DNA of 58,799 nucleotides from Candidatus Zhuqueibacterota bacterium (GTDB lineage Bacteria; Zhuqueibacterota; Zhuqueibacteria; Residuimicrobiales; Residuimicrobiaceae). A program made the translations under genes and the position numbers. The notes under the pieces were generated by a model. The model was not told the origin of the DNA and made no database searches. It worked only from the letters and a program-made list of their open reading frames with translations. Within the stretch, counting starts at the first letter, position 1. The number at the start of each line of letters is the position of its first letter. The stretch spans positions 1 through 58,799 of the forward strand of contig JAFGSU010000516.1 of the NCBI GenBank assembly GCA_016934435.1, written 5' to 3'. Below, in pieces: positions 48,075 through 57,000 of the stretch.

Positions 48075-48815
48075 TTACGAAAAAGAATAGGTCTGCATTG
48101 AAGCGGCCAATTCTTTCCCTAATAATTTCAGAATCCGCTGCTGTTGCATCTGCCGGTCGGTGTTGATGATGATCGTGCGGATGTCCTCTTTGTGTATTTG
48201 TCGCGCCAGAATCCGCAATTCTTTTTCAATATGACCCATTCGAGTCAGGGGCACATTAGCTTCACAATCGGATAGTATAACGAGTGTTATAATTCCAGAC
48301 GGATTTTTTCGCTTTTGTGTAATAATGATTTGCCGCACCTTTTGCAGTCCATCCGCCAGTGGCGTCGCACCGTCACACGGTATGTCTGAAATCTGATCTC
48401 GAATAATCTGGATACTGCGCGTCGGATGCAACAGGATATGGGCTTGTTCACCTGAAAAAGCCACCAAGGCCAACAAGCATTGATTTCGATTAATTCGGTT
48501 CAAAAGCATCAGGGCAAAGCCTTTCGCCAGTTGCAACCGGTTTTCAACCAGCATCGATTCGGAGGCGTCGACGAGGAAAATAATCAGAGAGCTTTGTATC
48601 TGTCTTCTCTGCTTTACATAGATATCTTCGAAAGCAATGCGTTTTACCCCATTGACCGGTATTGTTGAGATGTGGCGTCGGACGTGGGCGCGCAGGGTGG
48701 CATCCATGGCAATATGGGCATCACATTGGTGCCGTTGTAGCTGTAGCGCTTTAATAAAACGCCCGCGACAGGAATCGGGTAAGCTTCTATTTGCCGGAAG
48801 GGATTGTCGTTTCAA
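48075..48815 (-). CDS. VWA-domain protein resembling the C-terminal half of Mg-chelatase subunit D (ChlD/BchD)
   Basis: The MIDAS motif is VDASESM (DxSxS), and other blocks are GATPLADG and ILSDCEAN. The upstream AMDATLRA block is as in ChlD. The N-terminal AAA+ half of ChlD is absent. Confidence 0.8.
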   Translation of the reverse strand: MKRQSLPANRSLPDSCRGRFIKALQLQRHQCDAHIAMDATLRAHVRRHISTIPVNGVKRIAFEDIYVKQRRQIQSSLIIFLVDASESMLVENRLQLAKGFALMLLNRINRNQCLLALVAFSGEQAHILLHPTRSIQIIRDQISDIPCDGATPLADGLQKVRQIIITQKRKNPSGIITLVILSDCEANVPLTRMGHIEKELRILARQIHKEDIRTIIINTDRQMQQQRILKLLGKELAASMQTYSFS

Positions 48816-48880
48816 TGGCTCGCCAAGAGCTTTCCCAATATCTTGTTCGCGAAGGCTGAAAGTGGGTTCAACGGGATGGC

Positions 48881-50047
48881 TTAATTTTTTTTTTTAAGGA
48901 AATCAAACAAAATGCTGCCGGCAGCGCCTGAACCGGGTATTTGCATGCTTTCGGCGTCCAATTCCTTGATCTCCGATTCCGGATAGTCTTCCAAAGTATG
49001 AGGTGGCGGGGCGCCGAGTAAAGTCTCCAATGTGTGCTGAATTTTGTGTTTCAGTTTATCATAAGTATCGAGCGGTGATTTTTTAATGCGATGCAGTAGC
49101 ACCAGCGGGGCCACTTCCATCAAGTCATCCTCCGAGGCCGACGGCTTTTCCAAAAACGCTGCCAATGCGCGGGCGGCCTTGATGAGCGTAATATCCGTAC
49201 GGTGGCCGTGAACCTGGAGGGCCAGGGCTATTTTAACCGATCGTTCGTACAAGGGCTCCGTTATTTGGACGTTTGCAAGGTGGTTTTGTGCCTTTACTAT
49301 TTGCCCCTGCAGCAAAGCCTCTTCCCTGGAAAATTGATCGACCAATGTTGCAGTATTGGTTTCGAATTGAATACGGCGTCTGATAATTTCCCTTCGATTC
49401 TGTTCGTCTTCGAGGCCGGAGATTTCCACGCAAAATGCAAAACGATCAAGGAGTTGCGGCCGCAATTCGCCCTCTTCAGGATTCATGGTGCCAATCAAAA
49501 TAAATTGCGACGGATGAGCATAGGAGATGCCTTCTCGTTCCACCATATTGACGCCAGAGGCTGCTGTGTCCAAAAGCAGATCGACAATATGGTCATCTAA
49601 AAGATTAACCTCATCGATATAAAGAATCCCACGATTGGCAGAAGCCAGCAAACCGGGCTGGAACTGTATTTCGCCCCGGGTCAAACTCTTGCCGATATCG
49701 AGCGATCCCGCCACCCGATCCTCGGTCGCGTTCAGCGGCAATTCTACAAGGGGTATTTTCTGCTCATGGGACGGTAACTTTTCACCGGCCTGAAATCGTG
49801 CGAAACACTCCCTGTGCATTCGCTCTGGATTGTCCGGCGGGCAATGATAGGGACAATTTCTCACAACCGTTATAGAGGGAAGAATTTGCGGCAGGGCCCT
49901 TATGGCGGTGGATTTGCCGGTACCTTTCTGCCCGCGGATCAACACGCCACCGATGGTAGGATCAATCAGGTTCAGGATCAGAGCCGTTTTCATGGCTTCC
50001 TGCCCAACGATGGCGGAAAAAGGAAATATTTCTCTTGATCTAACCAT
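48881..50047 (-). CDS. ChlI/BchI-like AAA+ ATPase (magnesium-chelatase subunit I family)
   Basis: The N-terminus is FPFSAIVGQEAMKTALILNLIDPTIGGVLIRGQKGTGKST. Walker B is ILYIDEVNLLDDH. The Cys-rich insert is NCPYHCPPDNPERMHREC. Confidence 0.88.
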   Translation of the reverse strand: MVRSREIFPFSAIVGQEAMKTALILNLIDPTIGGVLIRGQKGTGKSTAIRALPQILPSITVVRNCPYHCPPDNPERMHRECFARFQAGEKLPSHEQKIPLVELPLNATEDRVAGSLDIGKSLTRGEIQFQPGLLASANRGILYIDEVNLLDDHIVDLLLDTAASGVNMVEREGISYAHPSQFILIGTMNPEEGELRPQLLDRFAFCVEISGLEDEQNRREIIRRRIQFETNTATLVDQFSREEALLQGQIVKAQNHLANVQITEPLYERSVKIALALQVHGHRTDITLIKAARALAAFLEKPSASEDDLMEVAPLVLLHRIKKSPLDTYDKLKHKIQHTLETLLGAPPPHTLEDYPESEIKELDAESMQIPGSGAAGSILFDFLKKKN

Positions 50048-50284
50048 AATTTATTATTCAAAGATAATAAGCACTGACATAAAATTCAAGAGAAATAGAA
50101 AAAATCTCTTGCTTTTATATTTCGACTTTTGTTTCTTAAATTATATACAGTGTTTGATGTGATATGCATTCGTCAGGTTTCTTTCAAATAATATACGGCT
50201 GATCTCAAGGGTATTTGATTTTCTCTCTCGAAGATGAGGGGTGGTATCGCTTATAACCTTAATTTCTCTCGTGGACGACAAAAT

Positions 50285-51559
50285 ATGGAAAAGACGCTCG
50301 CTCTGATGTTGGCAGGTGGCAGGGTTGACGAACTCTCTGTGTTGACGTTGTATCGCCCCAAATCGGCGCTGCCGTTTGGCGGCCTCTACCGCGTCATTGA
50401 CTTTCCTCTGAGCAATCTTATGAATTCGGGGATCGAACGCATCGGCATTCTTTCACAGTATCGGTCCGACTCGCTCATAAACCACATTGGCTCGGGCGCA
50501 GGATGGGATATGATCGGCAGCCAACGCGGCATCACCATGTTGCCGCCGATGAAAGGAACGCAAAGTTCCGACTGGTATCGCGGCACGGCAGACGCCGTAT
50601 ACCAGAATATGGAGTTTGTCCTGCGCCATCATCCGGATTATGTCCTGGTATTGTCCGGAGACCACATATATCAAATGGATTATCAGGACCTCATTCAATT
50701 CCATCAGCGCATGGAAGCCGATGTCACCGTGGCTTTTGTATCGATGCCGCAAAAGGGGGCGGATCGGTTTGGCCAGGGAATCATTAGTGAGGAAAATGAA
50801 AAGGGTGGGCGTCTGTTGCGCTATGTTGAAAAACCCAGTCAATCAATATCTCCCTGGGCATCCATGACCATATATTTGTTTAACCTCGAAGCGTTGATAT
50901 ATATCATGGATGTCATGATGCGGCCTCCGGCGACGGAACATTTTGGCCGGGATATTCTACCCGTATTGTTGGATCAGAAAAAAGTGTACGGTTACCAGTT
51001 TAGAGGATGTTGGGCCTATACGCGCACCATCGATGAGTATTATGAGGCCAACATGAATTTATTGGAGGACAACACAAAGTTCAATATCAGCGACTGGATG
51101 GTGCGAACCAATCTCGACAATGAACACATTCGTGATCGGGCCCCGGCTATTCTCGGGTCCAACGCTTCTGTTGGCAGATCGCTGATTCATCATGGATGTG
51201 TTATTCATGGGACGGTAAAAAATTCGGTGATTTTCCCGGGCGTCACGGTCGACAGGGGTGCTGTAGTAGAAAATTCGATTCTTATGTTTGACAGCCAGGT
51301 TCGTAGTGGCGCAAACGTCAATAGAGTCATCACCGACGTTGAAGTGCACGTCGGGTGTGATTCGAAAGTGGGGTGTAAAGAAAACAAAGGCGTCAACAAA
51401 GAATATCCGGATTTACTCAATTCCGGCATCTCGGTGATCGGCCGTAATACCCATCTGCCTGCTCGCATAAAAATCGGCTGTAACTGTATCATTTATCCCA
51501 ATAAAACGGAATCGGATTTCAAGGGTTTACAGATTGCTCATGGGAGGACGGTGAAATGA
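50285..51559 (+). CDS. Glucose-1-phosphate adenylyltransferase paralog lacking the catalytic Gly-rich loop (GlgD-like, probably regulatory)
   Basis: The sequence is MLAGGRVDELSVLTLYRPKSALPFGGLYRVIDFPLSNLMNSGI. GGRVDEL replaces the canonical GGxGxRL. A left-handed beta-helix C-domain is present. Confidence 0.75.
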   Translation: MEKTLALMLAGGRVDELSVLTLYRPKSALPFGGLYRVIDFPLSNLMNSGIERIGILSQYRSDSLINHIGSGAGWDMIGSQRGITMLPPMKGTQSSDWYRGTADAVYQNMEFVLRHHPDYVLVLSGDHIYQMDYQDLIQFHQRMEADVTVAFVSMPQKGADRFGQGIISEENEKGGRLLRYVEKPSQSISPWASMTIYLFNLEALIYIMDVMMRPPATEHFGRDILPVLLDQKKVYGYQFRGCWAYTRTIDEYYEANMNLLEDNTKFNISDWMVRTNLDNEHIRDRAPAILGSNASVGRSLIHHGCVIHGTVKNSVIFPGVTVDRGAVVENSILMFDSQVRSGANVNRVITDVEVHVGCDSKVGCKENKGVNKEYPDLLNSGISVIGRNTHLPARIKIGCNCIIYPNKTESDFKGLQIAHGRTVK

Positions 51560-52812
51560 GAAATACAGTAGCCTTTTTGTTAGCAGGAGGCATGGGCAGT
51601 CGCTTGAATATTCTCGGATGGATGCGAGCTAAGCCGGCAGTACCTTTTGGCGGTTGCTACCGGCTTATCGATTTTACATTGAGTAATGCCATGTATTCCG
51701 GTGTAAAACAGATTGGAATCCTGACTCAGTATCGACCATACTCCCTCATGGGACACATCGGCTCGGGTGAGGCGTGGGATCTGGTCGGGCGCACACGATG
51801 TGCAAAAATATTGCCTCCTTCCACGGGAATTGATGATTACGACTGGTATCGCGGTACCGCCGATGCAGTTGCTCAAAATATAGGCTTTGCTACCCGTTAT
51901 GATGCCAAACGGGTTTTGGTGCTTTCCGGCGATCATATCTACAAGATGAACTATGCCCCCATGGTCGAATTCCACAAGGAAAAAAATGCCAGGATTACCA
52001 TTGCCATGATGCCGGTCCCCTGGGAAGAAACGAGACATTTTGGTACCGGCATCACCGACAAGGCGCAACGCATCATCGATTGGGAAGAAAAGCCCGAGAA
52101 GGCAAAGTCCAATATGGCGTCCATGGGAGTGTATGTCTTTGATGTCGACTTTTTAATACAGGCTTTGAAAGATCGGAGTGGTCACGATTTCGGCAGACAT
52201 GTTATACAAGACGCCATTAAAGATAGAAATGTGTTTGCCTATCGATTCCAAGGCTATTGGGCGGATGTCGGGACATTGAATGCGTACTGGCAGGCCAGTA
52301 TGGATATCCTGAATCCGGATTCGGGTTTAAGACTGGGCGAGTGGACGGTGCGTACCAATTATGATGATGAAAGTTCACAGGGCGACCGAACACCAGCCCG
52401 AGTTGGACCGCATGCCCGAGTTTCCAATTCCGTCCTGTCCGCCGGTTGTGTCGTGGATGGTTTGGTGAGTAATTCTATCCTCTCTCCGGGCGTCCGAATT
52501 GAAAAAGACGTTCAGGTGCATGATTCGGTGATAATGCAGGATAGTGTCATCCATTCAGGGGCTGTACTAAATCAGGTTATTGCCGATAAGAATGTAGTGG
52601 TGGAGGCGGATGCCTGTATTGGTGGGGGAGATTCCGAACAACCCAATGAGAAATTTCCTCAACATCTGTACAGTGGCTTGACGGTGCTCGGTAAAAATGC
52701 GCATATCCCTCCAAAAATTAAAATATTTGCTAATACTATCGTTGAACCACTGGCAAACGACAGTAGTTTTGGTCACATTAATTTATCAGTGGGGAGTTAT
52801 ATTAAGCGTTAG
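51556..52812 (+). CDS. glgC: Glucose-1-phosphate adenylyltransferase
   Basis: The sequence is LLAGGMGSRLNILGWMRAKPAVPFGGCYRLIDFTLSNAMYSGV...WYRGTADAV...LSGDHIY. The start overlaps the upstream stop (ATGA at 51556-51559). Confidence 0.9.
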   Translation: MRNTVAFLLAGGMGSRLNILGWMRAKPAVPFGGCYRLIDFTLSNAMYSGVKQIGILTQYRPYSLMGHIGSGEAWDLVGRTRCAKILPPSTGIDDYDWYRGTADAVAQNIGFATRYDAKRVLVLSGDHIYKMNYAPMVEFHKEKNARITIAMMPVPWEETRHFGTGITDKAQRIIDWEEKPEKAKSNMASMGVYVFDVDFLIQALKDRSGHDFGRHVIQDAIKDRNVFAYRFQGYWADVGTLNAYWQASMDILNPDSGLRLGEWTVRTNYDDESSQGDRTPARVGPHARVSNSVLSAGCVVDGLVSNSILSPGVRIEKDVQVHDSVIMQDSVIHSGAVLNQVIADKNVVVEADACIGGGDSEQPNEKFPQHLYSGLTVLGKNAHIPPKIKIFANTIVEPLANDSSFGHINLSVGSYIKR

Positions 52813-52825
52813 AGAGGAGGATGCT

Positions 52826-53290
52826 ATGCCGGTTAAAAGACTCAAAGAAGCCCTGGATAAACATAAAATGAAATATGTGGTGGTCAGCCACTCGCTTGCA
52901 TATACTGCTCAGGAGATTGCCGCAACGGCGCATGTGCCGGGTAAGGAACTTGCCAAAACGGTTATGGTGAGAGTTGACGGCAAAATACAGATGGCGGTTT
53001 TGCCGGCTTCCCGACAAATTGATTTCTCAAAATTGAAAAAGGCTTTGCAGGCTAAAAAGGCTGATTTAGCAACAGAAGAGGAGTTCAGAGGGCTTTGCCC
53101 GGACTGCGAATTGGGCGCTATGCCGCCTTTTGGTTCTTTGTATGGCCTGCCCGTGATGGTTGACCAATCCCTTGGAGAAGATGAGGATATCTATTTTAAT
53201 GCGGGCACACATCGGGAACTGGTCAAAATGGCATTCGAGGATTTTATTAATATTGAGAAACCCGATATGGTCGATTTCAGCAAACCCTAG
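52826..53290 (+). CDS. YbaK/EbsC-type aminoacyl-tRNA deacylase domain protein
   Basis: The ATG at 52826 follows AGAGGAGG. The sequence ...AKTVMVRVDGKIQMAVLPASRQIDFSKLKKAL...GAMPPFGSLYGLPVMVD... fits the YbaK fold pattern. Confidence 0.75.
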   Translation: MPVKRLKEALDKHKMKYVVVSHSLAYTAQEIAATAHVPGKELAKTVMVRVDGKIQMAVLPASRQIDFSKLKKALQAKKADLATEEEFRGLCPDCELGAMPPFGSLYGLPVMVDQSLGEDEDIYFNAGTHRELVKMAFEDFINIEKPDMVDFSKP

Positions 53291-53312
53291 GCGATTTTTG
53301 CTTGTTTTGAAT

Positions 53313-53828
53313 TTAGACGGATTGTAAAATCGCTAAAATTTCGCCGAAATAAATGCGGTGATAGTCTCTTTGCGGATAGTTGTGTGCAATGCTCGCATCA
53401 AGAAAATGCTCGTAGTTAAAATCGTCCTGATAAATTTTACGGCATTCCAGGATCAACTGAGCTTCGGCAAAACAGGGCGCCCTGACAATGGTGGATGACA
53501 TGGGCGACAGACCGGACTCGCTGATTTTATCCCCCTCTCGACCCGATTTGTTACCTAACAACTGCAGGGCACTCCGATACTGCGAGGAAAAGGCGCACAG
53601 CGTGAAGGTTGGATACTTTTCCATAAATTCGTACGTGTAACGCGTCGGCCGCACCACTACCTGCGCAAATGGCTTGTTCCACATGATACCAAAGCTGCCC
53701 CAGGCCACCGTCATTGCGTTAAAGTGGCGGGTTTCCCAGTCACCACTGGTTAACAATAGCCATTGGTTTTTCCAGAGATCATAAATACGGACGGTGAAGG
53801 CGTCCACTGCAACGCTTTTAAATGCCAT
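53313..53828 (-). CDS. Flavin reductase-like (FMN-binding split-barrel) protein
   Basis: 171 aa. The sequence is ...WLLLTSGDWETRHFNAMTVAWGSFGIMWNKPFAQVVVRPTRYTYEFM...NKSGREGDKISESGL... Confidence 0.75.
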   Translation of the reverse strand: MAFKSVAVDAFTVRIYDLWKNQWLLLTSGDWETRHFNAMTVAWGSFGIMWNKPFAQVVVRPTRYTYEFMEKYPTFTLCAFSSQYRSALQLLGNKSGREGDKISESGLSPMSSTIVRAPCFAEAQLILECRKIYQDDFNYEHFLDASIAHNYPQRDYHRIYFGEILAILQSV

Positions 53829-53900
53829 TTTACTCCTGCTTCGCTTGAATGAGCTTTTTAAGATGATAATATAAAAAAACGCAGCATCTTTTCAAAGCCA

Positions 53901-53939
53901 AATAAAAAAGCGGTGCAGGAAAATCCTGACGCCGCTTTT
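53901..53939 (-). terminator. Rho-independent terminator (minus strand; A-tract/stem/T-tract, possibly bidirectional)
   Basis: GCGGTGCAGG (53910-53919) pairs with CCTGACGCCGC (53925-53935) with one bulge and a 5-nt loop. On the minus strand it is followed by TTTTTTATT. It lies between the GEVED gene and the flavin reductase gene. Confidence 0.6.
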
Positions 53940-54036
53940 CCACCCGGACAGGGGTGATTTCGGTCGATCTCATCTCGCTGTGAGATCAGGACCTTTTTTT
54001 ACAATTTGTCTGGGCTAAATGATTACCTTGTAGGTG

Positions 54037-54067
54037 AACCCGAAAGGTCATCGAGACCTTTCGGGTT
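54037..54067 (-). other. Perfect 13-bp stem / 5-nt loop hairpin, 10 nt after the GEVED gene stop, with no U-tract
   Basis: AACCCGAAAGGTC-ATCGA-GACCTTTCGGGTT. I checked all 13 pairs by hand. Confidence 0.7.
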
Positions 54068-54077
54068 GGGTCACTAT

Positions 54078-57000
54078 TTATTTCAGGAGCTCCATTTTTT
54101 TCGTTTCTTCAAAATCATTGACTTTAATGCGGTACAGGTATGTTCCACTGGGCATGAGTTGACCGGTGTCATCTCTGCCGTCCCAGATAACAGAATGCTC
54201 TCCGGCCGACACCTGTCGTGATACCAGCCGACGAACCAGCTGTCCGCGCAGATTATAAATGCCTAATTCCACATCCCCGGCTTGCATCATTTTATAATTT
54301 ATCTTGGTTTGTGGATTAAAAGGATTGGGATAGTTTTGATCCAATCCATAGTTTTGCGGCGCTGTCTGAACCGTCAAGGGCCCGTGCATGGTCATGACAC
54401 CATTGTAATTAATATCAGCCAGTTTGTAGTAATAGGCTTTGCCCGGTTGAAAGGTCTGATCGGTGAATTGATAATGATGCACACTTTGACTGGTGCCGGC
54501 GCCCGGAATCATATTTTGCGTAATACGATTATAATTACCCTCCAGTGACGCGGAGCGGAAAACATGGAATCCCAGGTTCTCGGTTTCTGTTTGCGTCGTC
54601 CAATCTAATTGGACCGTATTGTTGACAAACACTGCTGTGAAAGAAGATAACTCGACCGGAACCAAAATATCAACGGGATAATCTTCCACTTCTCCGTCCG
54701 GGGCAGGTCCGGTTGGCAGAGCGATGGCCGCGCTGTTGGAGCTCACTCGGAACCTGGCATAACTGTGCCCGCTGGTTTGAGTGGCGGAACCGGCTGGAAC
54801 CACCGGATACATGAGGATTACTTGGCCGGCGCCAGTTCCAGTCCATTGGCCGCTGGCCTGTTCGCTGGCATCCCAGACCTGATCGCCGTTGTAATCAACC
54901 CAACCGTAAACGTATACCGTCATGAATGCCGGTGTGCTCACATTTACGGTTACGTTGCGGGACTGTCCTTCGGTGAACACCAGTTGTGCCGGATCGACAC
55001 CGTCTTCATCATCATTTCCATCGTCGTCATCATCCCCTGCGGCATCACCTGCTAATTGATGGGAATCGGTTTCGCCGTCTATCAAGCTCCCCATCAACAA
55101 TCCCGGCAAGATCGTATGGCGAGCGCCATCGCTCGCAAGAAGTGATGGATAATTGGGGTCCGGGGCGTCGCCAAAATCGATATCGGGTTGCGTTTCTTCA
55201 ATGATTACCACATAATCTTCCACCTCCCCGTCCGGAGCCTCGCCCGCCGGCGTCATGATGAAACTTGCATCAGAACACAAACGCAGTCGCATATACGTGC
55301 GCGTGATCGGGATGGCCGGCGCTGTCGGGAAAACCAAGTTGACATTTGATAGTGCGCCAGTTCCAGTGCCGGAGGTCTGTGCAAATTCATCAACATCGGT
55401 CCAGTCGCCATCGGCATTCAGGTCGATCCAGCCGCTGAGGCTGTAACTCTGACCGACCGGGGCCATAATCGGAATCGAAAAAGATGGAATGACGCCGACA
55501 GAGAGCGTAACCGTAGTAGAAACAAAGGCATCTTCATCGTCACCATCGATATCCAGGTCATCCCCATCGGCCTCGGCATTTCCCTGGCCGTTGGTGTCCA
55601 TATCAATGGCATCGCCAATATGAAAATTGCTGAGGATAATATGGCGCCCGCCATTCTCGCTCAACATCAACGGGTAGTTATTGCCGTCGGGCGGCACATC
55701 GCCGAAATCAAGCAGACCCTGATCCGAAAGGATTGTGGCTGTATAGTCTTCCACTTCCCCATCGGGCGCTTCACCAGCCGGCGACATGATATAGCTCTCT
55801 TGCGAACAGAGACGGAATCGTATATAAGTGCGATCCGTCGGGATTGTGGGCGCCTGTGGGAACGTAACGGTGATATAAGTGGTACCACCCGTACCAACAC
55901 CGGAGGCCTGGGCGAATTCATCGGAGTCGTCCCAATCTCCATCGTCGTTCATGTCGATCCAACACGACACGCTAAAGGACTGGCCGATAGGTGCAACCAC
56001 GGGAACGGAGAAGCTTGGAATAACGCCCACCGCAAGCGTAATATTAGTATCGGTGGTAATGTCTTCATCGTCGCCGTCGATATCCAGGTCATCCCCATCG
56101 GCATCACCCGTGGGCTGTCCATTGGTATCCATGTCGACGGAGGAGCCGAGATAGAAATTGGGTACAATCGTATGACGGCCGCCGTCCTGCTCGAACATCA
56201 CCGGATAATTAAAACCGTTAGTCGGCGCGTCGCCGAAATCAAGGTCTTGGGGTTGTTCTATGCTGGTAACCGTATAGTCTTCCACCTCGCCATCCGGCGC
56301 GATGCCGGTTGGCTCGGCAATACTGGTATCACTGGTGCTAAGACGGAACCTGGCGTAGGTCAGTAAAATGGCGGCAGACGGCGCTTGGGTGAAATTTAAT
56401 ACGACCGTCCCAGGTCCTGTGGCCGTCACCGAAGCCGATTCACCCGGATCGGCCCAGCTGCCATTGCCATCCAGGTCAATCCAGCCGCGCACGGTATAAG
56501 TTGTATTCACATCCGCCGTTACAGGAATCGAGATACTAGGCGTCATACCCACCAAAAGTTGTATGGGCGTGGTATCGATGGCATCTTCATCGTCACCTTC
56601 GCTGTCGAGATCATCACCGTCGGCGTTTACGTTGGGCTGACCATCCGGGTCCCTATCGATCGCAGTGCCCATATTAAAACCAGGCACGATGGCGTGTCGC
56701 GCCCCGTCGCTGCTGCTCAGGGTCGGGTAATCGGTCGCCACACCCGGATCGTCAGGCGCATCACCCCAATCCAATTCCAGACAGATGGTCTGTACTTCGA
56801 TACGGTAATCGATACGGCTGTCCGGATCAATGATGAAATTAAACAGCAATCGTTCGCACGCCGGTTGAGGTATAATGCCGTCAAATGAAAACTCTCGGCC
56901 GTTATCAAATCCGTGTGCGGGTGTAAAAACATCCTGATCCATTAACTGGCCCTGGCCATCCGGGGTTGGAAACGGATCGCGCGGATTGACAGGACAGGCG

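Noticed and set aside
54654-56774. Regular ~531-nt repeats that could look like a repeat array or CRISPR.
   Set aside because: They are in-frame coding repeats of one long ORF. The period is far too long for CRISPR, there is no spacer/repeat structure, and there are no cas genes.
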